In this document: positions 1-8,864 of the stretch, piece after piece | Layout of the letters: each line of letters begins with the position of its first letter | Numbering within the stretch: position 1 is the first letter of the stretch | Assembly (NCBI RefSeq): GCF_014280195.1 | Contig: NZ_CP047960.1 | Coordinates: 1,050,001-1,082,000, forward strand | DNA: 32,000 nt | Direction: 5' to 3' | DNA from: Synechococcus sp. A15-24 | Lineage (GTDB): Bacteria; Cyanobacteriota; Cyanobacteriia; PCC-6307; Cyanobiaceae | Position numbers and translations under genes: made by a program | The notes under the pieces: model-generated | Seen by the model: only the letters and a program-made list of their open reading frames with translations | Told to the model about the DNA's origin: nothing | Databases searched by the model: none

Positions 1-624
1 GGTCTGCAGGGCTGTCCAGCTGCGGATTCGCCCGTGGATGAAGTGGTGCCCCTCGCCATTTAGATGAAGGCCATCGGGTTCCATCCAGGTCAGCCAGTCC
101 GGCTCCTCCAGCATGGATCGGTGCAGTGGCAGGAAGGGGATGTCGGCGTCGCGACAGGTTTCGGCCAACACGGCTTCGTGGGCCGCCACATCCTCATTGC
201 TGTACCAGAGACAGTCCGCAAAGGGCATGACGTGCTCATCCACTGGCGTCAGACCGATCACCAACACCTGCGTCTCCGCCTTCATGTCGTTGAGCAGCTG
301 CCCCATGCCGAAGCCATAGGCCTCAAGGTTCAGTTGCTGGCGACCATCCGGCCGGCCCACCCGTGCGGTGTCGTTGATTCCGACGGCCAGCAGTACCCCC
401 TCCGGAGTCTGACGCCGCAGCTCGCCGCGACACTGCCACTCGCTCAGCCAGCGAGCGGCTACCCGTTCCAATCCATCGCCACGGATGCCTAGGGGATAAA
501 TCACCGGAGCCGCCGGCAGTTGCATCCAGTCCCTGCGCAGACGCTCGCACCATCCCCCGGCCTCTCGATCTCCCCAGCCGTACACCCCGCTATCCCCGAC
601 CACCAGCAGCTGCTTCGGTTTCAT
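1..624 (-). CDS. SGNH/GDSL-family hydrolase (esterase/lipase-like); C-terminus lies beyond the window edge
   Basis: Not in ORF track (no stop inside window). Own reverse-strand translation from ATG 624-622: MKPKQLLVVGDSGVYGWGD...LLAVGINDTARV...MEPDGLHLNGEGHH. This shows SGNH blocks I (GDSG), III (GIND) and V (DGLH = DxxH). The ATG overlaps the phnE stop (ATGA at 621-624). The listed + ORF 64..492 is its antisense shadow. Confidence 0.75.
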   Translation of the reverse strand, partial: MKPKQLLVVGDSGVYGWGDREAGGWCERLRRDWMQLPAAPVIYPLGIRGDGLERVAARWLSEWQCRGELRRQTPEGVLLAVGINDTARVGRPDGRQQLNLEAYGFGMGQLLNDMKAETQVLVIGLTPVDEHVMPFADCLWYSNEDVAAHEAVLAETCRDADIPFLPLHRSMLEEPDWLTWMEPDGLHLNGEGHHFIHGRIRSWTALQT

Positions 625-2129
625 GTCGCCTCCTGGAGCCGTTCACAGACCAGCTCGCCGAGCAATGTCAACGCGGCATAAACCATGACCAACCAGGCCA
701 CCAGCGGCCAGTAAAAGGAGGACAGTGCCTCCATCAGCTGCCAACCCAGGCCGCCCCCCCCCACCAGACCGACGACGGCCGTATCCCTGAGGATCACATC
801 ACTGCGGTAAGCGGCATAGGCGAGATAGCGCTGACTCGCTGGCGACAACACACCGAACAACCAGGCGGAGCGGGGCGGAGCGCCCAGGGCAACCATGGCT
901 TGTTGGTCGCGGACATCCACGCGCTCGAGCCCGTCCTCCAGCACCAGCCCCATCACACCACTGTGGTGCAGACCCAAGGCCAACGCCGCCACGGCCAGGG
1001 TCGGTTTGCTGGCCAGAATGAGCAACAACGCCGTCAGGGGTGGCGGCAACAATCGCATCAGCGTCCAGCCAGCTTTCAGGACCCAGCCCGCAACAGGCCC
1101 TGGAGCGATCAACCGCAGCAACGGTGGCAGGCCGATGGCAACTCCGGAGGCCAGCAGGGTGATCAGGAGGGTTCCACCAATCAGCTCCAGCCATGGCGTC
1201 TCCATCCAGGCCTGGCTCAGGCCTTCACTCCACAGTGCGGGTGAAGGCCACGGAGCCCCCTCAACCCAGCTGGGTGCTGAGAGATCGTGGTTCAACCCGC
1301 TGCTCCACAACGGCGTGACCAGCGGCAGCATTAGTGCCAGCAGCACCAGGCCATGGCGGGCGGACAGGCGGAGGATCATCAGATTCACCGCCGCCAGCAG
1401 CAGCGCCATCAGCCACAAGCCGCTCCAGAGTTCACGAAAGCGTAGGGATTGCAGGCTGAGCATCAGCTCGGTTCCCAATCCCCCAAGGCCGAAGATGCCC
1501 AGCAGCAGGGCGGATCGCAGGGCACAATCCAGGCGATGGCCGATGTGGTCGCGCAACGCTGTGGCCAGGGGAGGCAGCAGGCTGGTGCACAAGTTGATCA
1601 CGGCAGGCACACCGGCGCATTGCAGGGCAACAAGAGCCGGTGGTTCTTGGCGATCCAGCTGGTCTGCCAGAACCCTGGCCAGCAGTGCTGAATAGGGAAG
1701 AACAATGGCCAGCACGGCCACCCAGCCGTTCAGGCCGAACAGTTGAAGCAACAACAACCCCCAGATCAGTTCATGGATTGATCGCAATGGCGCCAGGCCA
1801 CGCCGCACCACCAGGGCCGGCCAGCGCCGCCCCATCAGCGTGGACCAGATCGTGGTGGAACAGATCAGCCCAAGTACCAGTCCCACAAGACTGCTCAAGC
1901 TCCAGGCCAGGAGAGCCGTCAGAGCCGTGATCTGCAGCCCCGTGAGCTGATGCTTCAGCAGCGACGGTTCCAGTGAGGGTTGCAGGGCCGCCAGCCAGAA
2001 GCGACCGATCTGTTCGGCTCCACCGCCATGGAGATCGCGCAACAGCACCATTCCAAGAGGCAGCAAAACCAGTGCTGGAGCCAGAGCCATCAGTGCGGGA
2101 GCTGGCGTCAGTCCTCGCTGTAAAGCCAT
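621..2129 (-). CDS. phnE: Phosphonate-type ABC transporter permease, fused two-domain PhnE
   Basis: 502-aa polytopic hydrophobic protein directly after phnD/phnC on the same strand, about twice the length of a single-domain PhnE. Start uncertain: ATG 2129 overlaps phnC by 22 nt; alternative ATG at 2090. Confidence 0.8.
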   Translation of the reverse strand: MALQRGLTPAPALMALAPALVLLPLGMVLLRDLHGGGAEQIGRFWLAALQPSLEPSLLKHQLTGLQITALTALLAWSLSSLVGLVLGLICSTTIWSTLMGRRWPALVVRRGLAPLRSIHELIWGLLLLQLFGLNGWVAVLAIVLPYSALLARVLADQLDRQEPPALVALQCAGVPAVINLCTSLLPPLATALRDHIGHRLDCALRSALLLGIFGLGGLGTELMLSLQSLRFRELWSGLWLMALLLAAVNLMILRLSARHGLVLLALMLPLVTPLWSSGLNHDLSAPSWVEGAPWPSPALWSEGLSQAWMETPWLELIGGTLLITLLASGVAIGLPPLLRLIAPGPVAGWVLKAGWTLMRLLPPPLTALLLILASKPTLAVAALALGLHHSGVMGLVLEDGLERVDVRDQQAMVALGAPPRSAWLFGVLSPASQRYLAYAAYRSDVILRDTAVVGLVGGGGLGWQLMEALSSFYWPLVAWLVMVYAALTLLGELVCERLQEAT

Positions 2130-2809
2130 GCCAGGGTTGCTTCGGTGATGGCTGAGGGGGGGGCGTCCAGCACCAGTTCACCCTGCCGCAGTCCCAGCAC
2201 CCGTTGGAAACGCTGCATCAGGTCGGGCCGGTGCAGGCTGACCATGCAGGACGACTGCTTCAGCAGCAGGTTGAGCACATCATTCGCCAGGCGCGGGTCG
2301 AGGGCGGACAACGGTTCATCCGCCAGCACCAGCGTCGGTTGCTGCCGCAACAGTCGTGCCAGGGCCACCCGTTGGCGCTCACCGCCTGAGAGCCCTGCCA
2401 CCCGTTGATCGCGAAGCGCGTTGCTGAGTCCGACCTGGCGCAGGATGGCGTCTCCAAGCTCGGTTTCCAGTGGCTGCAACAGGTTTCGCAAGCCCCAGAG
2501 CAGTGAATGGCGACCGAGGGCACCGGTATTGATGTTCTGGAGAACGGTCAGTTCCTCCACGAGCCTGAGGTCCTGCCAGAGCGTTCCGATCTGCCGGCGC
2601 TGAGTTGGGCGGCAGCGTTGCAGGTCGTGTCCTCGCCAGAGCACACGGCCCTTATCAGGAGACAAGCTGCCGTTGCAGAGTCCGATCAGGCTCGACTTGC
2701 CGGCCCCGCTCCGCCCCAGCAGGACAGTTTTTTCCCCGTGATCAATGGTGAGGTCAAGGGGTTGGAGCCGACCGGTCAGTCCAGCCCGGCGCAGCTCCAG
2801 CACAGCCAT
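2108..2809 (-). CDS. phnC: Phosphonate-type ABC transporter ATP-binding protein
   Basis: Walker A GRSGAGKSS, ABC signature LSGGERQRVALARLL, Walker B LVLADEP. Start ATG overlaps the phnD stop by 1 nt (TGATG). Confidence 0.9.
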   Translation of the reverse strand: MAVLELRRAGLTGRLQPLDLTIDHGEKTVLLGRSGAGKSSLIGLCNGSLSPDKGRVLWRGHDLQRCRPTQRRQIGTLWQDLRLVEELTVLQNINTGALGRHSLLWGLRNLLQPLETELGDAILRQVGLSNALRDQRVAGLSGGERQRVALARLLRQQPTLVLADEPLSALDPRLANDVLNLLLKQSSCMVSLHRPDLMQRFQRVLGLRQGELVLDAPPSAITEATLAWLYSED

Positions 2810-3732
2810 CAGCGGATTTTGCCCAGCTGACGGCCCACCGCTTCGATCTTGGCGTAAGCCTCGTCTTGAGCCGGGATGAACCTCTTGGCACCGAACAACT
2901 CAAGAACCAAGGCCCCTCGTTCCGTGGCGGGTGTCAGCGACAGCAGGGAACGCTGCACACGATCGGTGAATCCTTCACCGAAGCGCGCATCCAGATCGGG
3001 CCGGGCCACCCAGTGGTAATCCACGTAGGGCGGAGTCCTCCAGATCACGGCCACCTTGTCGGGATCCATGCGGCCTTCATCCACGTTGCTGCGCCACACC
3101 TGTTCGTTCAGGGCACCCACCTCATAGGCGCCGCTTTCGACCAAAGCAATCGTGGCGTCGTGGCTGCCGCTGAAGCCGGGGCCACCTCCCGCCAGATCGG
3201 CCATGGTGACGCCGTTCTCCCCGAGGAAGTACTGGGGCATCAGCCGACCGGAGGTGGAGCTTTCGGAACCGAAGGCCAGACGGCGGCCCTTCAGTTGCAC
3301 CAGTTGATCGGCACTGGTGATGGGCCGGAGTCCGCTGGCTCCGTTGGCGATGAACACACTGGTGAACTCGGCATCGATGTCTCGCTGGGCCAGCACCATG
3401 GCCCCTGGGGTCTGCAGACGGGCTTGCACACCGGTGAGCCCACCAAACCAGACCAGATCAAGACTCCCGCTGCGGAACGCGCTGACGGCGGCCGCGTAGT
3501 TGCTGACGGGTACATAACGCACCGCCACATTGAGGGAATCACTCAGTTCGTCGGAGAGGGAGCCGTAGAGACGGTTCAACTTCTCGGGGTTCTGATCCGG
3601 GATGGCACCGATCCTGAGAACCTGTTCTGCGGAGGGTGGTGCACTGCTACAGCTACCAATGGTGGCCGCGAGGGCAACACCGGTGATGAGACCGGCGACC
3701 TTCACGGCCAGTTGTTCTCGTCCTGGCATCAA
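2809..3732 (-). CDS. phnD: PhnD-family periplasmic substrate-binding protein (phosphonate/phosphite-type; substrate not assignable)
   Basis: 307 aa. N-terminal signal/lipobox-like LAATIGSCSS, then a PhnD-family pattern (RIGAIPDQNPEKL..., DLVWFGGLTGV, FGSESSTSG, SGSHDATI). Heads the ABC ATPase and permease genes. Confidence 0.85.
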   Translation of the reverse strand: MMPGREQLAVKVAGLITGVALAATIGSCSSAPPSAEQVLRIGAIPDQNPEKLNRLYGSLSDELSDSLNVAVRYVPVSNYAAAVSAFRSGSLDLVWFGGLTGVQARLQTPGAMVLAQRDIDAEFTSVFIANGASGLRPITSADQLVQLKGRRLAFGSESSTSGRLMPQYFLGENGVTMADLAGGGPGFSGSHDATIALVESGAYEVGALNEQVWRSNVDEGRMDPDKVAVIWRTPPYVDYHWVARPDLDARFGEGFTDRVQRSLLSLTPATERGALVLELFGAKRFIPAQDEAYAKIEAVGRQLGKIR

Positions 3733-3755
3733 GTCAAACGTTTAATCGGAACAGC

Positions 3756-4934
3756 TCAGGTCTCGTCCAGCAGTTGCGTCAGCCGTGACAGACCATCCCT
3801 GATCGTCTCACGGGACACAGCGCAGGACAGACGAATGCAGCGGTCGTTTCCGAAGGCCAGACCGGGGACGACGGCGAGGCCAGCCTGCTCAAGGGCGCGA
3901 CTGCAGAAGTCCATCGAACCACCAGCCGATTCCGGCAACTGCGGGAAGGCATAGAAAGCACCCCTTGGTTCAACGAGGGTGATCCCTTCAATCGCCTGCA
4001 ACCCCTCCGTGAGCAGCTGCCGGCGGCTGTTGTAGCTCTCCGCCATCGCTGAAACGCAATCACGCGGGCCCTGAATGGCCGCAAGGGCCCCTCGTTGGGC
4101 AAAGCTGCAGACATTGCTGGTGCTCTGGCTCTGCAGCGCAGCGGCAGCCTTGATCACGTCCTGGTGTCCGGCGAGGTAGCCCAGGCGCCAGCCCGTCATG
4201 GCCCAGCCTTTGGCGAAGCCATTGACGGTGAAACAGCGATGGGCGAGATCCGGCGCGATCGCCGCGAAGCTGTGGTGCTGCTCCCCCTCCGCCAGCAGGA
4301 ACTCGTAGATCTCATCACTCATCACCAGCAACTGGGGATGACGGCGCACCAGCTCCGCCACGTCCTCCAGCTCCTGGCGCTTCATCACCCGCCCTGTGGG
4401 GTTGCCGGGGGAGTTCAGCACCAGAAGGCGACTGCAAGGGGTGATCGCTGCCTCCACAGCTGTGAGATCGAGACGGAATCCCTCCTCGGCCTGGGTGGGA
4501 ATGAGCTTGACCTTGGCACCGGCCAGTGCCGCCATCTCCGGGTAGCTCAGCCAGTAAGGAGCGGGTAGCAACACCTCATCGCCAGGATTCAGCAGCACCT
4601 GAAACAGGTTGTAGATCGCCTGCTTGCCGCCGTTGGTGATCAGGACCTGTTCGGGGCTGGTTGCGATTCCATTGCCGCTCGACAACTTCTCCGCAACGGC
4701 TGCCCGGAGCTCGGGGTCACCAGCCGCTGGCCCGTAGCGGGTGATGCCATCACGCAGGGCTTGCCGTGTGGCCTCAACAATGAAGTCAGGCGTGTCGAAA
4801 TCCGGCTCACCGGCACTGAGACTGCAGATGTCTCGCCCGGCTCGCTGCAACGCCTTGGCCTGGGCTCCGATGGCTAGCGTCAGTGACGGCTTTAGGGCCA
4901 CGGCCCGTGCGGAGAGTTCTGGAGGGCGTGGCAT
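3756..4934 (-). CDS. Class I/II (fold-type I) PLP aminotransferase, AspC/aspartate aminotransferase-like
   Basis: Motifs SAGEPDFDTP, NSPGNPTG and the PLP-lysine region NGFAKGWAMTGWRLGYL. ORF track starts at GTG 4958; ATG at 4934 (MPRPPELSARAV...) seems the more likely start. Stop is only 23 nt upstream of the phnD start. Confidence 0.85.
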   Translation of the reverse strand: MPRPPELSARAVALKPSLTLAIGAQAKALQRAGRDICSLSAGEPDFDTPDFIVEATRQALRDGITRYGPAAGDPELRAAVAEKLSSGNGIATSPEQVLITNGGKQAIYNLFQVLLNPGDEVLLPAPYWLSYPEMAALAGAKVKLIPTQAEEGFRLDLTAVEAAITPCSRLLVLNSPGNPTGRVMKRQELEDVAELVRRHPQLLVMSDEIYEFLLAEGEQHHSFAAIAPDLAHRCFTVNGFAKGWAMTGWRLGYLAGHQDVIKAAAALQSQSTSNVCSFAQRGALAAIQGPRDCVSAMAESYNSRRQLLTEGLQAIEGITLVEPRGAFYAFPQLPESAGGSMDFCSRALEQAGLAVVPGLAFGNDRCIRLSCAVSRETIRDGLSRLTQLLDET

Positions 4935-5018
4935 CGGCAACGCACCTCCCCGCGGCACGCGTAAAGATCACATCCTGCCTCACGTGGTGTCCCAGACAAC
5001 CTTGTTTGTTTTCCTGTC

Positions 5019-5414
5019 ATGAGTTCCTCCAACCTGAGCTGGGTGTTGGCTGCAGAGGATCCGGAAGGACTAGCCGGTTTTTACGCCGCTTTGTTGGCGT
5101 GCCCACAAGAACAAGGCTTCTCTGGCTCCCACTGGATTATCGACCTGGCTGGAGGTTGTCGTCTGGAGATCTACAGGCCCTCCCGTCAGCGGCCGTTCCC
5201 GTTGCGGGGTCGGGTCCTGGCCCCCTGCCTACGCCTAGCGCCCAGCAAAGTCCCCCTGGAGCATCTGCAGCAGCAGTTGCCCGCCTGGATTGCCCTGGGA
5301 GCCTCACTGATCGAGCCGGCTCGGCTGGAGGCATTCGGTGCCGAAGTCTGGCTGGCTGATCCCGAGGGCAATCCCGTGCTCGTGGTGCAACCCTTTCCCC
5401 GTGCAATCTCCTGA
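5019..5414 (+). CDS. Glyoxalase/bleomycin-resistance (VOC) superfamily protein
   Basis: 131 aa; VOC-like pattern (VLAAEDPEGLAGFYAALL..., FGAEVWLADPEGNPVLVV). Stop overlaps the next start (TGATG at 5412-5416). Confidence 0.6.
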   Translation: MSSSNLSWVLAAEDPEGLAGFYAALLACPQEQGFSGSHWIIDLAGGCRLEIYRPSRQRPFPLRGRVLAPCLRLAPSKVPLEHLQQQLPAWIALGASLIEPARLEAFGAEVWLADPEGNPVLVVQPFPRAIS

Positions 5415-5977
5415 TGTCGATGTTGGAGCTGCGCGACTGTGAGCAGTGCACCGCCTGTGATCTGGCCCTGACGCGTGAACGGGTGGTGATCAGCCGCGGT
5501 GCAGCGACAGCACCATTGATGTTGATCGGTGAGGCACCGGGTGCCCGCGAAGATGCTCTGGGCCAGCCCTTCGTCGGACGATCCGGACAGCTGCTGGATC
5601 GCCTGCTGCTGGAGGTCGGTCTGAATCCCGAGAGCGACCTCTATATCTGCAATGCAGTGAAGTGCCGTCCTCCACAGAACCGTCGGCCGAAACGGGCGGA
5701 ATTAACCGCTTGCAGACCCTGGCTGGATTGTCAGATCGATCAGGTGAATCCCAGGGTGATCGTCCTGCTGGGTGCCACTGCCGTGGAGAGCCTGCTGGGC
5801 ATCAAAGGCGGCATGACCCAGCTCAGGGGGCAATGGCTCAGCTGGGATGGCCGGGATGTGATGCCGATCTTTCATCCCTCGTATTTGTTGCGCAATCCCT
5901 CCAACGCCTCCGATGCACCCACGGCGTTGACCCGGAGTGATCTCAGCGCAGTCCAGCAGCGACTGTGCGAACGTTGA
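5414..5977 (+). CDS. Uracil-DNA glycosylase, family 4 (Fe-S type)
   Basis: Motif [24 protein letters not shown], motif B HPSYLLR, N-terminal Cys cluster CEQCTAC. Confidence 0.85.
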   Translation: MSMLELRDCEQCTACDLALTRERVVISRGAATAPLMLIGEAPGAREDALGQPFVGRSGQLLDRLLLEVGLNPESDLYICNAVKCRPPQNRRPKRAELTACRPWLDCQIDQVNPRVIVLLGATAVESLLGIKGGMTQLRGQWLSWDGRDVMPIFHPSYLLRNPSNASDAPTALTRSDLSAVQQRLCER

Positions 5978-5999
5978 CGCGCTCTCGGCCTGGCCCGCC

Positions 6000-7196
6000 A
6001 TGACCGCCCTGGATCGGCGTTACGACACCCAGATCCATCGCCGCATCACACGCACCGTGATGGTGGGTGATGTCGCGATCGGCAGTGACCACCCCGTGGT
6101 GGTGCAGTCGATGATCAATGAGGACACCCTGGACATCGATGCGGCCGTCGCTGGCATCGTCCGACTGGCGGAAGCCGGCAGTGAAATCGTACGTGTCACG
6201 ACGCCATCGATGGCCCATGCCCGGGCGATGGGGGAGATTCGTGCCGCCGTTCGCGCCCTTGGATGCACGGTGCCGTTGGTGGCTGATGTTCACCACAACG
6301 GCGTCAAGATCGCAATGGAAGTGGCACAGCACGTCGACAAGGTGCGCATCAACCCCGGGTTGTTCGTCTTTGACAAGCCGGATCCCAACCGTCAGGAATT
6401 CAGCGATGAGGAATTCGCGGCCATTGGTGCGCGGATCCGCGAGACCTTCGAGCCCTTGGTGACCCTGCTGAGGGATCAAAACAAGGCCCTGCGCATCGGT
6501 GTGAACCACGGTTCCTTGGCGGAGCGGATGCTGTTCACCTACGGCGATACCCCCAAGGGGATGGTTGAGTCGGCGATGGAATTCGTGCGCATCTGTGATG
6601 AACTCGACTTCCACAACATCGTGATTTCGATGAAGGCGTCGCGGGCGCCGGTGATGTTGGCGGCTTATCGCTTGATGGCAGACACGATGGACAAGGAGGG
6701 GTTCAACTACCCCCTTCACCTCGGTGTCACCGAAGCCGGTGATGGTGATTACGGCCGCGTCAAGAGCACGGCCGGGATCGCGACCCTGCTTGCCGATGGC
6801 CTTGGCGACACCATTCGGGTGTCGTTAACCGAGGCTCCGGAACGGGAAATCCCCGTTTGCTATTCGATCCTGCAATCCCTCGGTCTGCGCAAGACCATGG
6901 TTGAGTACGTGGCCTGCCCCAGCTGCGGCCGCACCCTGTTCAATCTCGAGGAGGTGCTGCACAAGGTGCGGGATGCGACGTCCCATCTCACAGGGCTCGA
7001 CATTGCCGTGATGGGGTGCATCGTCAACGGCCCGGGCGAGATGGCGGACGCGGACTATGGCTATGTCGGAAAGACACCTGGCGTCATTTCGCTGTACCGG
7101 GGACGGGACGAGATTCGCAAGGTGCCCGAAGAGGAGGGCGTCAATGCTTTGATCCAGTTGATCAAAGAGGACGGGCGCTGGGTGGAGCCGGCCTGA
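6000..7196 (+). CDS. ispG: 4-hydroxy-3-methylbut-2-en-1-yl diphosphate synthase (MEP pathway)
   Basis: Full-length GcpE/IspG-like sequence ([50 protein letters not shown]). ORF track begins at 5937, but ATG 6000 (MTALDRRY) avoids overlapping the UDG gene. Confidence 0.95.
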   Translation: MTALDRRYDTQIHRRITRTVMVGDVAIGSDHPVVVQSMINEDTLDIDAAVAGIVRLAEAGSEIVRVTTPSMAHARAMGEIRAAVRALGCTVPLVADVHHNGVKIAMEVAQHVDKVRINPGLFVFDKPDPNRQEFSDEEFAAIGARIRETFEPLVTLLRDQNKALRIGVNHGSLAERMLFTYGDTPKGMVESAMEFVRICDELDFHNIVISMKASRAPVMLAAYRLMADTMDKEGFNYPLHLGVTEAGDGDYGRVKSTAGIATLLADGLGDTIRVSLTEAPEREIPVCYSILQSLGLRKTMVEYVACPSCGRTLFNLEEVLHKVRDATSHLTGLDIAVMGCIVNGPGEMADADYGYVGKTPGVISLYRGRDEIRKVPEEEGVNALIQLIKEDGRWVEPA

Positions 7197-7206
7197 TCTG
7201 GTTAGT

Positions 7207-8592
7207 GTGAAGAATCAGCTCTGTAAGGCCATGCCAAGCGCCAAAGGTTTGCGCGGCGTTCTGCGTTCAGGTCCGATTCTGCTGATGCTGGGACTGGGGG
7301 GCATGGCCGTTTCGATGGCGGGTCCGAGCCTTGGTCTGACGGGGGCGAGCGGCGGTGCAATTACCGACAGCCCCAAGGAGGTGATCGATCAGGTCTGGCA
7401 GATCGTCTATCGCGACTACCTCGACTCTTCAGGCACGTACACCGATGACAGGTGGCGGCAGCTTCGAAAGGATCTCTTGAAGAAGTCCTACGGCGGAGAG
7501 GAGGAGTCCTACGAGGCGATCCGAGGGATGCTGGACAGCCTGGATGACCCCTACACCCGTTTTCTTGATCCCAAGGAATTCAAGGAAATGCGGATCGACA
7601 CCTCCGGTGAATTGATGGGGGTTGGCATACAGATCAGTCTCGATAAAGACACCAAGGAGTTGATCGTGGTGGCCCCGATCGAGGGAACGCCGGCTTCGAG
7701 AGCAGGTGTGCAGTCGAAGGATGTGATCGTCAGCATCGATGGCACCTCCACCAAGGGCATGACCACGGAGGATGCGGTCAAGTTGATCCGCGGACCGGAA
7801 GGAACCGAGGTCATTCTCGGACTTCGGCGCAAGGGTGATGTGATCAATGTTCCGTTGACCCGTACTCGCATCGAGATCAATGCGGTGAAAAAGGCGCTGA
7901 ATACTTCACCTGATGGCCGCAAGATCGGCTACATCCGGCTGAAACAATTCAATGCCAACGCGTCCCGTGAGATGCGCGACGCTATTCAGGAGCTGGAGGA
8001 TCAGGGCGCTGATGGCTATGTCCTTGATTTGCGCAGCAATCCAGGCGGTTTGCTCGAGGCCAGTGTCGATATTGCACGGCAGTGGTTGAACGAGGGAATC
8101 ATTGTCAGCACGCGCACCCGGGAGGGCATTCGGGATGTGCGCCGAGCCACGGGAAGCGCCATCACGGACAAACCGATGGTGGTGTTGATCGATGAGGGCT
8201 CAGCTAGCGCCAGTGAAATTGTTTCGGGTGCCCTGCAGGAAAATGACCGTGCCCAGCTGATCGGAAAGACAACATTTGGTAAGGGGCTTGTTCAAGCCGT
8301 ACGGGGACTGTCTGATGGTTCAGGGATGACAGTGACAATCGCAAAATATCTGACTCCGAATGGTACAGATATTCATAATAATGGTATAAAACCGGATATT
8401 GAAGCAGTAATACCAGACAAAGAACTAGAAGATTTTAAGGTTGAGTACTTGGGGACCGGTCAAGATAGTCAATATAAAATTGCAGAAGAGACCTTGCTCA
8501 AATCACTTAATTTGAGTGAATCAAAGGTTGATAATAATGTTCAAATTCTGGAAGCAGACTTCGAAAATCAAAACGACCAATCGACTCTTTGA
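7207..8592 (+). CDS. Carboxyl-terminal processing protease (S41 peptidase, Ctp family) with PDZ domain
   Basis: Signal-like N-terminus, PDZ region (GVGIQI...VVAPIEGTPASRAGV), catalytic Ser region DEGSASASEIVSGAL and Lys region TFGKGLVQ. Start GTG 7207 or ATG 7231. The last ~250 nt are strikingly AT-rich (see findings). Confidence 0.9.
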   Translation: MKNQLCKAMPSAKGLRGVLRSGPILLMLGLGGMAVSMAGPSLGLTGASGGAITDSPKEVIDQVWQIVYRDYLDSSGTYTDDRWRQLRKDLLKKSYGGEEESYEAIRGMLDSLDDPYTRFLDPKEFKEMRIDTSGELMGVGIQISLDKDTKELIVVAPIEGTPASRAGVQSKDVIVSIDGTSTKGMTTEDAVKLIRGPEGTEVILGLRRKGDVINVPLTRTRIEINAVKKALNTSPDGRKIGYIRLKQFNANASREMRDAIQELEDQGADGYVLDLRSNPGGLLEASVDIARQWLNEGIIVSTRTREGIRDVRRATGSAITDKPMVVLIDEGSASASEIVSGALQENDRAQLIGKTTFGKGLVQAVRGLSDGSGMTVTIAKYLTPNGTDIHNNGIKPDIEAVIPDKELEDFKVEYLGTGQDSQYKIAEETLLKSLNLSESKVDNNVQILEADFENQNDQSTL

Positions 8593-8621
8593 ACAGCGGT
8601 CCTGGAGCTGAAGGTACTGGG

Positions 8622-8786
8622 TTAAGCAACCGGTTGCATCAGGCCGCCGCCGCCACCACCATTTGAGTCGTCGTCGTCAGAGGTCGGCTGAAGTAAGGCA
8701 TAGAGGCCAAGAGCTGCTGTGCAAACCACACCACTAATTAGTTGCAGCGGGAAGCCACCTGCAGTGAAGTCAGTGATTTCTCCCAT
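8622..8786 (-). CDS. Hypothetical 54-aa single-TM peptide with acidic/poly-Gly tail
   Basis: Own translation: MGEITDFTAGGFPLQLISGVVCTAALGLYALLQPTSDDDDSNGGGGGGLMQPVA. One hydrophobic helix; the tail is encoded by (GAC)4 and (GGT)2(GGC)4 triplet runs. Possible promoter on the same strand: -35 TTCCAC (8838-8833), 18-nt spacer, -10 TACATT (8814-8809). No homology evidence. Confidence 0.4.
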   Translation of the reverse strand: MGEITDFTAGGFPLQLISGVVCTAALGLYALLQPTSDDDDSNGGGGGGLMQPVA

Positions 8787-8864
8787 GCTGCTTTAGTTCA
8801 TTTTGACCAATGTAACGAAGAATTGCGCAGCTGTGGAAGTTTTCTCAGAAATGCGACTACGCCC

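Noticed and set aside
64-492. 142-aa + strand ORF (and 113..319, 323..553) at the left edge
   Set aside because: It lies antisense to, or off-frame from, a reverse-strand frame that carries clean SGNH hydrolase blocks (GDSG, GIND, DGLH). Its own composition is not family-like.
3733-3755. Pho box in front of phnD
   Set aside because: Only a weak ATTAAAC-like element lies next to the start codon, with no tandem PyTTAAPyPy(T/A) repeats at 11-nt spacing. Any promoter would have to lie inside the aminotransferase gene.
799-3954. Long alternative-frame ORFs inside phnE/phnC/phnD/aminotransferase (e.g. 895..1695 +, 1771..2181 -, 2866..3954 + of 362 aa)
   Set aside because: Arg/Pro/Gly/Ala/His-rich shadow ORFs typical of high-GC DNA. 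Each is fully overlapped by a gene with strong family motifs on the other strand or frame.
5943-6719. 258-aa antisense ORF inside ispG
   Set aside because: Shadow ORF with His/Arg/Gly-rich low-complexity translation; ispG on the + strand is unambiguous.
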